Positions 1 through 33,123 of a stretch of 64,000 nt of DNA are shown one piece after another. The notes beneath the pieces are model-generated. The model was not told the DNA's origin. It did no database searches and saw nothing but the letters and a program-made list of their open reading frames with translations. This DNA comes from Amoebidium appalachense (lineage: Eukaryota > Protista > Ichthyosporea). Location of the stretch: positions 1,736,001 through 1,800,000 of the forward strand of contig CAVNZM010000005.1 of NCBI GenBank assembly GCA_963693365.1, in the 5' to 3' direction. A program made the position numbers and the translations under genes. The first letter of the stretch is position 1; each line of letters begins with the position of its first letter.

Positions 1-70
1 TGGAGGGGACAAAGTTTCAGGACCAAACAAACGACATCAGAAAGGCAACGCTGAAGACGAAGACGCTTGG

Positions 71-112
<42 letters not shown>

Positions 113-131
113 GAGCACACATACGCGCGCG

Positions 132-176
<45 letters not shown>

Positions 177-234
177 AACACAAGACACCTGCCCCCCCCC
201 CCCCCCCCCCCCCGCCAAACACGCACCTCTACAG

Positions 235-991
235 ACGCTCTCCAGGTCGGGTAGTCCTGTGCAGGGTCGGAGTCCACCGCCCAAGGCCAAAACATCTGGG
301 CGGGGGCTATGGCCAGCCACAAGCAGCAAACTGTCAAAGAAGCCCGGGGTGTACTCTACTGCAACGGCAACAGTGGAGAAGGTGGGGGGGTGGATGGGGG
401 GGTGGGTGGGTGGGGGGGTGGGGGGTGGGGGGAGGGGGGGGGGGGGGGGGGGGGGGGGGGAAGATGGGGGGGTGGGGGGTGAGGGGAGGGGGGGGGGGGA
501 GGGGAAGATGGGTGGGTGGAGGGGGGAGGGGGGATAGGTGGGGGGGGGGGGGGGGGGGGGGGGGAGGGGCAGGTGGAGTGGGTGGGTGGGGGGAGGGAGG
601 GGTAGGTGGGTGGATGGATGGGTGGGTGGGTGGGTGGGTGGAGGGAGGGGAGGTGGGAGGGGGGGAAGGGGGGGGTGGGTGAGGGGTGGGGGGGAGGTAG
701 GTGGGTCGGTGGAGGGAGGGGGGGGGAGGGGGGTAGGTGGGTGGCTGGGGAGAGAGGGGACGGCGGGGGGGGTGAGGGGAAGGGGGGGGGAGGGGGGGGG
801 GTTGGTTGGGTGGCGATGGATGTAGGTTGGCTGCGGTTGGGTGGTTGGCGTGGGGCCTCTGTAGCTGAGTTTGTGTATGATGTGGGTGCGTGTAGGTGTG
901 GGTGGATGGGTGTGGTTGTTTGTGTGTGTCTGGCGATGTATTTGGGTGGGTGGGTGTGGGCTGGCGAATGGTTGTGTGTGAGTGAGTGGAA

Positions 992-1025
<34 letters not shown>

Positions 1026-1054
1026 GGGTGCATGTGCCTGTTTCTGTGCGTGCG

Positions 1055-1102
<48 letters not shown>

Positions 1103-1864
1103 CGCTCGTGTGTATGCATGTGCGTGTGTGTGCGTGTGCCTGGCCCTGGCCTGGTGCATGTGCCTGTGCCTGTGCCCGTGCCTGTGTGTGTGTGTGTGTT
1201 GTGCTTGTGGAGTTTGTTGTATTGCACTTCTTCCTGAGTTATATTTTCTGTGCGCAGGACAAGGCACTGCTCAAGCAGGTAGCAGCCATGGAGCACCAGC
1301 AGGGTAGCCTCAGTGTGCCCTCAGACCTGGCTGACCTATCAAAATCGCCTAGTCTGAACTCGGCACCAAGGTCTGGGCTGTGTGCGTGGGTGGAAGGAGG
1401 GGTAGTGAGGGGGGTGGTGGTGGTGGTGGTGATCGGAGGATGGGGAGGGGGGGGAGGGGGGAGGAGGGAGAGAGAGAGAGTTGGTGTGGGTGGGCTATAA
1501 GAATGTGGACCTGGTTGGGTCTGAAGTTGTTGGGGATGAGGGTGGGAACTGAGGACGTTGAGTGTGAGTGTTGTGGTGTGTGTAGGCAGATGTGGGGGGT
1601 CGTCTTTTTTTGTGTGTTCATGTATCGGGGAGGGGGGGGGGGGGGGGGGGGGAGGAATAAGAGAAGGGATGGAAGAAAGAAAACGGAAACATGTGCTAAG
1701 AACAATACAGATACGTGAATGAATGTGTGTCGGTGCTGACTTTTGTGGTTGCAGTCTGGAGGCCACAGGGCTGACGGGGGTGGAGTCGAGTGAGTCGGCA
1801 AGAGACTGGGCCCAGAGTGTGGCCATCCTCAGGATGCAGCACGGGGTGGTCAGAGATGTACGTG

Positions 1865-1922
<58 letters not shown>

Positions 1923-3360
1923 TGCCTGCCAGGAGGGGGAAGGAACGCCGCGGGGGGGGGGGGGGGGGGGGAGGGGGGAGGGGGGAAGGGGAGTAAATGG
2001 AACACGGGTATACATGCATGGTAAGGTGGTATGCTGGCACTGGGGGCGAGGGGGGGGGGAGTCGGACATGATGTGAGGGCATTAAAGTTAAGTAAAACAG
2101 AAGAGAAAGTGGAGAGTAAAGGGCGACAGGGATCTTGTACCGTATGCATGAGTGTAGTTGCACCCAGCGGGAAATGGTGGGTGGTGGGGTAGCCAGAGAG
2201 TGAGTGAGAATCTCGGGGAAAGGGGGGAGGGGGGGGGGGGGGGGTTCTGATTGCTGATATACTTGGTATGTTCATTTCTGGCTAACCATCATCCTATAAC
2301 CCCCCCAGCACTTTTTCCAACTTACGCAAAACTTCATGGGGCCTCTCGAGCAATACTATGCCAGCCTGCTGCCCTTGCAGAAGAAAATATCCCCCTGGAG
2401 GCCTATCCCACGCATCAAGAAATTCGATCGGCAGGCATTTCTGGAAACAATACCTGAGAACCTGCGAGGTGGTATTTGGTGTGGTGTTGATTTCTATCGT
2501 CCAAAAAAATGTTTGTTTTGGGAGGGTTGGGGGTGGGTGACATTTGTGGTCTTTAGATGTGTGCTAATAGTGTTTGTGCTGCAATGCTGGTAGCCTGAAG
2601 ACCTATTACCGTGGGGGTGTGGTTGTTGCTACCGTGTGGATTTGACCAGAAATGCTGTGCCTGTTTGTGTGGCGCATCAAGGTCATGGCTGGCTTGGAGG
2701 GACGTGCTCACTCACACATAACACACACACACACGAACACACACACATGCACACACACACACACACAAACACAAACACACACACAGGGTTCTCTGGTGTG
2801 CGGCGTACATCGCTGATTGTTCTCTACGAACGATTCATCAACAGCCCCAACTTTGACGGTTGGCTACGAGACAAGACAAGGGGCGCAAACAGGTATGCGA
2901 ACTCTTAGATATATTCCGATTCTTTTTTTGTATCTATGGTTGTGGCATGGTTCCGGCAGATTTAGAGAATATCGACATGCCCCCCCACCCCCACCCCCCC
3001 ACCCACCCTCCCACCCACCCTCCAACACGCACACACATACTCCCTACCCCACCCTCCCCCCCACCTACCCGCCCACCCACCCCACCCCACCCCACCCTGA
3101 TGCATACTCTGTGTATGTGCCGCAAACCCTGTGTTGTGTTGCCCGTCGCGAAAATGTACTCCGTACTCTATAATGATTTCTAACCCCCTCCAACCTTTCC
3201 CCCCCCCCCCCCCCCCCCCCCCCCTCTCCCCCCCCTTTCCCGGCACTCCTTCCATTCCCCCCCTCCCCTCCCTCCTCTCCCCCTCCCCACCTCCCCCCCC
3301 CTCCCCCCCAAAAAAAGGACCAAAACCAGTAGCAGACAACCAAGAACCAACACACAAAAG

Positions 3361-3418
<58 letters not shown>

Positions 3419-3629
3419 CACACACACTCACTCACTCACTCACTCACTCACTCACTCACTCACTCACTCACTCACACTCACACTCACACTCACACACACA
3501 CACTCACAGGCGGGTCAAGGGGCTGTACCTAGACATGCTGTGCCAGGCCGATATGGCCCAGTGGATGTCTGGTCGGTCTGAGCTGGAGGCCGTGGACCAG
3601 CTGCTGAGACTGAGGGAGCTCCTGGTGGG

Positions 3630-3666
<37 letters not shown>

Positions 3667-3926
3667 CCATCCACTCACCAACCGCCCACCCACTCACACA
3701 CCCCCTTTTGTTCTAGCTTGCCTGCACCGTGCTTCGGCTTTTGTCTGAACAACACCTCATCAGAGCTACACAACCAATGCTGGGGAAAGGAAGGTTGCAC
3801 ACAACGCTGGTTTGATGCACGTGTGTCTGTGTGTGTTGTGTGTGTTGGGGGGGAGAGGAGGAGAGAGGGGGGGGGGGGAGGGAGAGGGGGGGGGGGGGGG
3901 GGGGGGTTGGAGAGGGGGGGGGATGG

Positions 3927-3957
<31 letters not shown>

Positions 3958-4193
3958 TGTGTGGGGGCGGGGAGAGGGGAGAGAAACGGAAGCAGGGGAA
4001 GGAGGGAGGGGGGAGGGGGCGGAATGGATGGGTTGGGATGCAGTGCCTAACACATATGTTGGGGCAATGAACCCACCAGGGCATGAAGTCTGAGCTGCTG
4101 ACGCCACCGGTGATAGCCAAAGTGCAGGAGCACATAGAGACAATAGTCAGGGCACTGCCTGAGGACCTGAGAAACTCCCTGCGCACATCATAG
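235..4193 (+). CDS. DENND6: DENND6/FAM116-like Rab GEF, 3' part (5' end outside window), spliced
   Basis: GT-AG exons ~235-381, 1258-1370, 1755-1857, 2309-~2470, 2787-2892, 3510-3624, 4080-4193. They join in frame to KKPGVYS..AQSVAILR..HFFQLTQNFMGPLEQYYASLLPLQKKISPW..LYERFINSPNFDGWL..LYLDMLCQADM..EAVDQLLRLRELL..HIETIVRALPEDL*. This matches the DENND6 C-terminus as I recall it. Confidence 0.88.
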
Positions 4194-4454
4194 CCCCACA
4201 TCATATGCCTGTCGATGCAAATCGCATAATTGGAATGTCGGATTGGTTGATCGGCCGACTGCACTCACGGTGAAATGTTGAAGGTTGCTGGAACCACGCG
4301 AGGCAGGCGGAACACATACACACGTTAAAACATATCCACAGACAAGCAACTTTTAGTGACAAAATGATTCAGTCGATCACTGCTGCTCTATTGGTGTAAT
4401 ATAAACGCGGGCTGCATATGGAGTCAATATTTCAAGTGTGAGCAAACAAATTAT

Positions 4455-4519
<65 letters not shown>

Positions 4520-4932
4520 CGACATCGTTTTTATTGTGCGCGTCCTGCGAGTCATGCACACATGTACCAACAATGTCACGTCTTATATGTTGCACAGCTA
4601 CACACAATAGAAACCTAGGTAGAGAGTCAGCCACGTATATAATCAATATGTAGCTCTAAATAAGGAAGAGGGAGAGTGAAGGGAGGCACACACACACAGC
4701 TCTGAACGCAAGCTGTTGCACATAGGTCCATATCTAATGACAATTTAGGATCTCAACATTTATATCAGCAACTTTACCATGTATTATATTGCACATATAA
4801 TGAACCGCAGGACTGGCATGAAGGTGTAAATAGTTCTGGCTCTCTAGTAATAGATGTAACAGTGGTGGTGGTGGTGGGGGAGGGGCCGGGTTGAGGGGGG
4901 TGGGCGGGTGGTTGTGGTGGGCTCGGGGGGAA

Positions 4933-4978
<46 letters not shown>

Positions 4979-5341
4979 AAGCGAAGGGAACAATCTACTA
5001 GCTAATGTTTCCTAACATCGGCTGGGAACTTGTCGATACTTGCAACAGTCTGGTTCGAGAAACTTTTCAAGTGTACAAATGATCAAATTTCCAGTATCGC
5101 TTTTTAAAACAAGAAAAAATGCTCTAGTCGCACACTCCTGTGACAGAACTTCTTAGTAGGTCAGTGCATCCCAACCTTTTTGCATATCCCTGAGTCGGGG
5201 AGAGGTAAATGTAAATCGATATAACAGGGGCTTGGTTATATCGGCAACAAAGGTGTGAATTTTCTCAGACAACATGCCAGGTAAAGCGCGTGGTCATTTG
5301 AATTTAGGCCTCCAATGGTGCGTATTTGTAGTAAAGCAGCG

Positions 5342-5386
<45 letters not shown>

Positions 5387-5728
5387 CTCCCCCCCCCCTC
5401 CCCCCCCCCCCCCCCCCCCCCCCAAACACACCCACACACACACACACACACACACGCACATGCATGCGCACACACACACACACAATATGTTTACACTCAC
5501 ACCCTCACACACACGCGCTCCAACACGTGCGCGCACACAAACACGATGCGCGCGTGGGGCCGTGAGACACACACGCACACACATGTACATCGTATACACA
5601 CACACACACCAGCACACACACCGTACACCCACAAATACAAGTGCGCACATGCACACACACAAACACACCATACACTTACACACTAACACACATGACTACA
5701 CACACACACACACACAGACACCTGACAC

Positions 5729-5798
<70 letters not shown>

Positions 5799-6596
5799 TG
5801 TGCACACACGTACACACACACACACACACACACGTACACACGGCACACACACATGTACTACACACACCTTTGCACACACCACACAGCTTGAATACACACA
5901 CTGTGACACACACACACACACCGTGACACAAGTGAAAAACACACACTAGCACACTCACTAACATGCTCCCGGACATGTGACACACACACACAAACAAACT
6001 AGCCCTACGTATTCTTGGTGATACGATCCTGGCGGCGCTGCCGCCGCGGCCGCGGCCATTTTGAAAAATTTGGGTGCGCCAGATCGATCCTCGACTGAAT
6101 GATGGTGCGACGCGAGCCAATCCAATCATCCGCTTTCACATGTGGGCCCTCACCCGCCTTGAGTGCGGGCCACCAAAAGTACTAGTTTTATGTTATCAGA
6201 AAAAGTTACCAAACCATGACTATAGAGCATAAAAAAGCCCATGTAGGCCTCAATCCGACACACATTCAAGCTTTTTTAAGGGCGCAGAGTGGGGTATATA
6301 GTATGTGAGTTTCCGAGGGGCGCCCCTTTGAAAGTGTGGGCCCCACCGGTGGGGGCCCGCATTTTTACAGTGGGGCTACGGTCTTGCCTTGCAGTTAATT
6401 CTTGTTATGTTTGAACTGAATAAGAAGGGGAAACGCTATCATTATGTATGACCGGATTATTGTAATCTAAAATCGATGACGTTACACTAATCTCCAGCGC
6501 CAAGGCCGTGTGTTCAGGGGGCCGTGGTCAAAATATTTTGTAGTTTTAATAAACGGCTTCACTCTCGGGTGCATGTGAGAGTGTGCGCGCATGTGC

Positions 6597-6654
<58 letters not shown>

Positions 6655-6706
6655 CTTCTTCTTTTTTTTTTTTTTTTTTTCCTTTCTTTCTTTCTTTCTT
6701 CTTTTT

Positions 6707-6745
<39 letters not shown>

Positions 6746-7495
6746 AGGGCGGGGAGGATGGTGGTGGTGGTGGTGGTGGTGGTGGGGGGGGGGGGGGGGG
6801 GGGGGGGGGTTACAAATACGGGGGGGTTTACTGAACGCTTTTATTTTGACAAGGATATCAAAGTGGATGTGATGTACTTGTATACGGGCAAGCCGCACCT
6901 GAAATATGCACATATACATGTTGCTGCGCAGCAAAGGACAAAATAGCAATCACGAGCCATCAAGATGACATGACATCGTAACAAGGAATCCTATTACGAT
7001 ATCACAACTTTGCATATGCATGGCCCAAAGATGAAAATTGTGCGGCCTCCTAAACCGCATAATCTCTTGCAGGGTCACAGGGGCAATTACAAACCACCCT
7101 TTTATGAATACAAATATTCCTACTTTTTTGTGTGTTTTATAAAACTTTTTTTAGGGATTACATTTCTAACTGAAAAATAAACTGTACAGTGTAAAGAATA
7201 CAGCAGTGGTGTTTGGTATCTTCTGAAACGTGGACCTATCATAATCACACTCGTAACGTTACATCTCCCTCCCCTCCCCCTCCCCCCCCCCCCCCCCCCC
7301 CCCCTTCCTACCCCTTTCCCCTCGTCCCGCACCTTCGCAAAGCCAACACAATAATGAAAATCAAAGAGACAAGATCTCTCATTCATTACAAGCCGGAGAC
7401 TTCAAATACATGTAAATATTTGGCTGCTATCTATATCTGCATCTACACCGTGACGATGGTCATCATGAGAAAAGATATGCCGGATGCATGGCTGA

Positions 7496-7627
7496 AAAGG
7501 ATATACGAGAAATTAAAAGATATACAAGAAACCAAAGGATATACAAGAAGTTGAAGGATATCCAAAAAATTAAAGGATATATATGAACTAAAGGATATAC
7601 GATAAGCTAAAGTATATATACAAGAAA

Positions 7628-7629
<2 letters not shown>
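7496..7629. repeat. ~19-bp minisatellite, ~7 degenerate copies (AAAGGATATACAAGAAATT-like)
   Basis: Units visible directly: aaaggatatacgagaaatt, aaaagatatacaagaaacc, aaaggatatacaagaagtt, gaaggatatccaaaaaatt, etc. Confidence 0.85.
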
Positions 7630-17616
<9,987 letters not shown>

Positions 17617-18199
17617 GTTTCCATAATCCTTTTTATCTTTGTGAGTTTAGCCTTACCAACACACCCACCAGCCCCTCAGGTTTAAATCATTATGGATATC
17701 AATCATGTACTCACCGCCCCTCCCCCCGTCCCCCTCCCCCCACCCCCCCACCCCCTTTTCCCCCTGTTAAAGCAACCCTCTCTTCTAAAGTCGCCATTAC
17801 CATTTAGTAAACGTAATGAAAGCAAAAAACAGAAATTCACCTCAACCACGGTTTGCTGCGAACCCTATAATCACAGCTCCGTCAAAGGCCATGTCCATGG
17901 CGACGAATGGGACCATGCAATTCAAAAACCCCTTCCCTATTCTTGAGCACTCCATTTACTTGCACTTTTTTCCATAGCGTATCTGCTTTCTTTCTCTCTT
18001 TCTTTCCCCCTCTCTCTTTCTTTCTTTCTTTCTTTCTTTCTTTTTTTGTTTGTATTTTTGCCTGCTTTGAATCGGTCAGGTGCACCACCACTTACCTCTC
18101 GTGGTCTCTCATTCTAGCACAATGGCCACTGTGATCACTTGAGCCACGCCAGCTCTAGTATTGTGATGACACGTTGATATTTAGTGCTTCGCCGAAGAA

Positions 18200-19640
18200 G
18201 AAAAAGAACTACACCCGCATACATATGCACGTTTTATTGAGGGCAATAATTAGTATTCTGTGTATGACGATGCAAATCGCTGTTGGAGATTCTCCTTTGC
18301 TCGTCACTGAGCTGCCAGGCTGAAAAGTCAAGATAGTGTCCGTGAATAGATTGCGATCAAACAAATCTATACATAGATCCCGCTAAAGAGGCACATCACT
18401 TCATGACTCTGTGCATGACTCTGGCTTATACCATCGTCTCACTTACTAGAGTCCCACAAAGAATAATGTTGTATTGTTTGCAGGTCCCCTCAACGGGATT
18501 CAGGCGTCTCAAAGTTTCTTTCTTGAAATTTCAACTGAAAGGATCCGAGAGGGAACGCGTGGCCCACTCGTCACGGATCGTCATATCCTAAAAAGCCAAT
18601 CAGGATGCGCAAACATGCGGCGGTTGCGTGGTTTTGCTTTCTATGGAATGTACTCAAATCCAATCAAACGCACCGGAATGTGACAAAAGAGGAAGGTCTA
18701 CAACCATATTTGTCTCTTTAGAATCGGATGCGTGCTGAGCCAATAAGAAGATGTGGAAGGTAGAACGCACTGCCCGCAGTGCGTTCAACCGCTGCAACCT
18801 TCAACATGCAAGGCGTCAACGTTGGGATCCCGGTGGCACAGCTTGGAAGCACGCATCTTTCAATTACTTTGTGGTAATAGGCCTAAATGGCAGCTGTTAT
18901 CTTGCATAGTTAGCCAAGGGCAAGGAGTTGCAATAAATATAATTGCGGCGTCGTGACTCGTGACCTCGTGTACGGTACTGCGGGCAGTCGCGATCGTACG
19001 GCTGCCGGCCGCGCGCCCGACAATGGCACCTGTAGCGCGGAGTCAGGTGGGTGAAGCCAACTACACTGTATTTATGCCTATACAAGACATAAAACATTAG
19101 TAGACATATAAAGCTGGCAAACTTTGCATGAACTTCCTCGTGTTGGACCAAGCAGCTGAGGTGAGCTGAGGTGGCGAATATGGAGCGAACTCAAAAATTT
19201 TCCGTTATCGCCGTCATTCCAGTTCGTTAGCTTAAGCCAATCAAAATCTGCCTCTATTTATGGTTTGTTGGTGCGCCGTGCTCATCAAACAAAAACTTTG
19301 AGTGTCATAGAATAGCTATTGAATAGGATATTCCTACTTTTTTTGTTGTTTTTAACTACTAACTCAGACAGATATTAGTACACATATACAATTGCTTTGT
19401 CGTAGACAAACCGTGCATAGGGTGCCACCTACTTTCCGGAGTTTTACATTGCTTTTATTTTATGCCAAGTTTGTTGTTTGATGCTATTCAAGTTCTATTC
19501 CGACCTTGAGAGTACCCCGTGTTTTGCTTCTTTTGTCAACAGGCTTGCCAAACCTTTGTAAATATATAGACTTCTATGTGTGCAACGCTTTAATGTAACG
19601 TCGATGTGCTCAAGCATATAGGTACAAACGGCGTCTCTTG
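18200..19640. promoter_or_regulatory. Putative bidirectional promoter between the divergent CERT-like and RhoGAP genes
   Basis: Microsatellite-free stretch between head-to-head genes, with CCAAT boxes at 18596, 18660, 18740 and 19237. Confidence 0.45.
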
Positions 19641-20283
19641 ATTCTATATTCTAAAACAACCGTTTAGAGACGGTAGCGTTACACCTCCTGTCGCAATCCT
19701 CTCCTCTTGTTCTTCCCCGCAAATTAGTTTGGAGATCTGCAAGACGTGACTATTTCTCGGCTGCTTGACTGTAGCAACCTCCAAGCAGACTTCAAGCTGC
19801 CCAACTTCGGATGAAGACTGGTACAGCAGCCACACCGCGCCCCGCCCCCCCTCCCCCCCCACCCCCGCCCCCACTCCCCCCCTCCCCCCCACCCCCGCCC
19901 CCACTCCCCCCTCCCCCCCCCCCCCCCCCCCCCCAACAACAACAACAACCTCCCTACCCGCCCCTTCCCCCACATTCCAGCCGCCCACCCGCTTACCTCC
20001 TCTCTTCCTTCCCTTCACCTCACGTATACCATAGCCATGCACGCAAGGAAATGTTTTGTCATCTTTTATTTGCATCATAGGTAGTTTTGCCTGACAGCCT
20101 GAACCGAATAGAAAGCAATCGCAGGGATAAAGACATATAGCTGCTTCGTGTAATGCACTAACACCATTGTCTGTAGCCTTACAACCATCCCAGGCGTGGT
20201 ACTAACACAAAATCCTACCGAAAGGGCCGTTTAAGGTGGCAGGTCTTTTCGGTGGAGGAAAAGGAAACGGATCCACCTTGAAC

Positions 20284-29378
<9,095 letters not shown>

Positions 29379-29389
29379 GGCCTTCCCCC

Positions 29390-29425
<36 letters not shown>

Positions 29426-30432
29426 AGAGATATTAATTCCTCTTTATGTATGTGTGTGTGCTTGATTCCGAATGGTTTGGAATGTATGAAGTATGCTGGA
29501 GAGTTGGACGCTGGTCGGAATACGAATGATGTCATGGAGATGGTACGGTACGCGTGTCGGTCTCCTTGGAGGTTCGATTTTTTTTATTTTTTTTTTGTAG
29601 TTGTGTTTCGCCATAACTTTGTGATAATGGCTGAATCGTTCGTGAACTTGTCTGAACGAATCATCGATCGACTTGCGTGTTTATTAAATGTGATTCAAGA
29701 GTTTGTGCTTATTGGTTGCATATTTGAGTTATGGGTAGAGTTGCTATAGCAATGAAGGTTGTATGAATGTCCGAGCATTCACAGGTAATGTCTATCATAA
29801 AATACATCAATAACATGGTGTATGTAGTTGATAAGCACGGTGACTGTAGGTTTTTAGTAGATTCCCCGAACATACGCGAGATGTTGTTGCAATAACTGCG
29901 CGAAATGATGATCCTGCGACCCTAATAAAGAATATTGTACTGTATGCCTACGTATACCTACGTGCATGTGGAGATTCAGCCTTCTGGATCCCCGTTTTGT
30001 GGTTTGCATGTTGTATGATATGTGTGGTGCACGTATGGAACATGTACATGTGTGTGGGCATGCATGTCTGTGCGCACACATTTGATGCTTGCGCATGTGT
30101 GTCTTGTGTATGTGCATGTGTGTGGATTGTATGTGCGTGTGTACCACTAGATGCCCCGGGACCCAGTGGCACGTACACGGGCATATTTGTGTGTGTGTCT
30201 GCATGTGTGAAGTATGACCCACCCAGGTGTGCCTTTTCCTAAGGCTTGTACAAGCGTTTCGGTAGTTGGTGGTTAACGTTATGCTTGCTTGATGTTTCAC
30301 AGAGAGAGGATGCATTCGAATATTTCTAGCCTGCATGCAATGACAGTAGTTCCCCACCGCGTGTTGAGGCTCCCTCCATGCTATATCACACTGTGTACTA
30401 TCGTAAATTCTATCGTTCAACTACATATACCT

Positions 30433-30503
<71 letters not shown>

Positions 30504-30733
30504 GGTCGGTCTTCCCACTCCCCGGCCTAGGGACTACCACCACACATGTACACACGCAGCACCGAGACACCCTGACCACAAACAGACTGCATGCGCATGT
30601 TCTTTTTTTTTTTTTTTTTTTTTTGCCGACCAACCCCTATGTCAGATACATTCCTGGTCTTCTCCTTCGCTTCCAAGGTTCCCCCTCTAAACCACCGTGA
30701 ATTCCCACTCCTTCGGTATGAACTCGTTCCCAC

Positions 30734-30944
30734 CAGCGAGGCAGGGTTATAAACCCTGAGCTCATTGTGTACGAATACCTAGGTAGGATTGTTGAACTTC
30801 AAGGTGTGTTAGCTTAGCTGACTGTGCCAATACTGTGATCTTAGCTAGGGCACAGTCGGTGCACGTGCTTTGTGGAAGACAGCAATTCGAATTCCCATGA
30901 GGGACTCCATCCGGAAGAAACGGGATTATGATATTAAAAAAAAA
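30734..30944 (+). mobile_element. Diverged 3'-end fragment related to the non-LTR element at 33.1-34.8 kb
   Basis: Collinear blocks shared with 34620-34813: c.gcg.ggc.ggg.ta...ccctg.gc, tgtgtac, ttagcttagctga, gtcggtgc, gtgg.agac, ttccc..gaggg, aaacg.gat. Ends in an A-run. Confidence 0.7.
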
Positions 30945-31155
30945 CATGACTCCTCCGATGAGTCATTGCCCCCACCTCCCCCCCCCCCCCCCCCCCCCCC
31001 CCGCCCCCTCTTCCCCTGGCTTTTTTGCCTTCCATATATCCCAGATCGGTAGCCGCGGGGCAGGCCCTGGCAGGAGGGGAGGAGGGGAGCTGTGTGTGGG
31101 GAGGGGGGGGGGGGGGGGGGGGGGGGGGGAAGGGGGGGGGGGGGGGGGGGGGGGT

Positions 31156-31197
<42 letters not shown>

Positions 31198-31642
31198 GGC
31201 AGGGCGAGGGAGCAGAGCAGAACACTTTTGCTCAGTACATAATGCTTTAGTTTGAGTCTAGCACTCTGTGCGCTTTGCAGCCTTACCATTTCAATTCGAT
31301 CCGTTTGTAGCATCAGTATACTCCCCTTGCAGCATCTGTATACTGATGTGGTTTGTCCCTCCCTCCCGGGCCCCCTTCCCCCCTCCCCCCCCCCCCCCCC
31401 CCCACACACACACACGCGCACACACACACACACACTCTACCACCACCACCACCACCAAACAAAGTCTCTAACAATAAACCAAGAGCTAATCAAACCCAAG
31501 GAGTTCTGCCTATAGCCAAGGTGACGGGTCAAACAATCCAACCTGAGCACTGAAATAACTCTATGCCGACCCTTTTTGCTTTTGGTTATGTGGAGTACAT
31601 AGTCCAAAAGGGCTGGAAGATTGGAACCTAGAAGCTCTCCGG

Positions 31643-31677
<35 letters not shown>

Positions 31678-32290
31678 AGGGGAGAGGGGGGGGAGGGGGG
31701 GGGAGGGGGGGGGAGGGGAGGGGAAGGAGGGCGAAATCAGCTGCCAAAGGCGCAAGTGGATGCTAATACATCATTTGACATTAACATTGGGGACTTTTGG
31801 CAGCTGAGCCTGCATTTTACGTAGGGCCCCCTTTCTTGTGTGTGTGACACTGTGTGTGTGTGTGTGTGTGTGACACTGTCGTACATAAATGTTGTTAGTC
31901 TAGGTATGCCTGACGACTGTCACATGAAACTGCAATGGCTGTCCCACTACGGTTCCCTCAAATATGATGTAGTAGTGTCACGATATGTGTATGTAACCAG
32001 CATGCTTGCAGTGGCACACACGTAACACGTATATACCCACACACACTATCACACACACACACAAACACAAACACACACTGAACACAGCAGAACATAAACA
32101 CGCCAGCACACACGCACACACACACACTGACACCCGCATGTCACGTACGCGTACGCGTACGCAAGCACATCATGATGGCACACGTACACACAGTGCCACA
32201 CACAGTCTTGCGCACACACAGAGTCAGCCACACACACACGTACACAAGCACAAACACCCACATTCACACCCACCCACCCACACACACAAA

Positions 32291-32331
<41 letters not shown>

Positions 32332-32333
32332 GT

Positions 32334-32367
<34 letters not shown>

Positions 32368-32369
32368 GT

Positions 32370-32413
<44 letters not shown>

Positions 32414-32887
32414 TTAATGCCACGTGCAGACACATACACATGCTGCATCTAGACGTACACACGCACATACGCAGACACGTGTGCACGCACACGCACACAC
32501 ACACAGGCACAAATGAACACACACACGCGGATTCTATGCACACCCACATATCCCGAGTGGTCCATACAAACGCACCAAATCTAACGCTCACACACACAGT
32601 CCCACACAAACATGTACATACAAACAGAGACCGTTTCACCACACACCCACACAAACACACACACACACACAGACACACAAACACACACACACACACCCAT
32701 GCGCGCGCGCGCATACACGGACACACACACACAAATACGCACACATGTGCGCACTCGGACACACATGCGCGCGCACACACACATACACACACCCACACAC
32801 GCACGCACACACAAAACAGAAACACACACACACAGACACATGCACACACATGTTTACTATACATACACACGCACACGAACAGCCACA

Positions 32888-32933
<46 letters not shown>

Positions 32934-33053
32934 ACCGGCGAGGCTGGGGCGTAAACACCTTAAGCACATTAACCAGGGTACATTCGGTGTCATGTGGAAG
33001 TCGATAGTTCCTATTGGGGGTCTTCTGGGAGTTCCATCCGGGGACACAACGGG

Positions 33054-33121
<68 letters not shown>

Positions 33122-33123
<2 letters not shown>

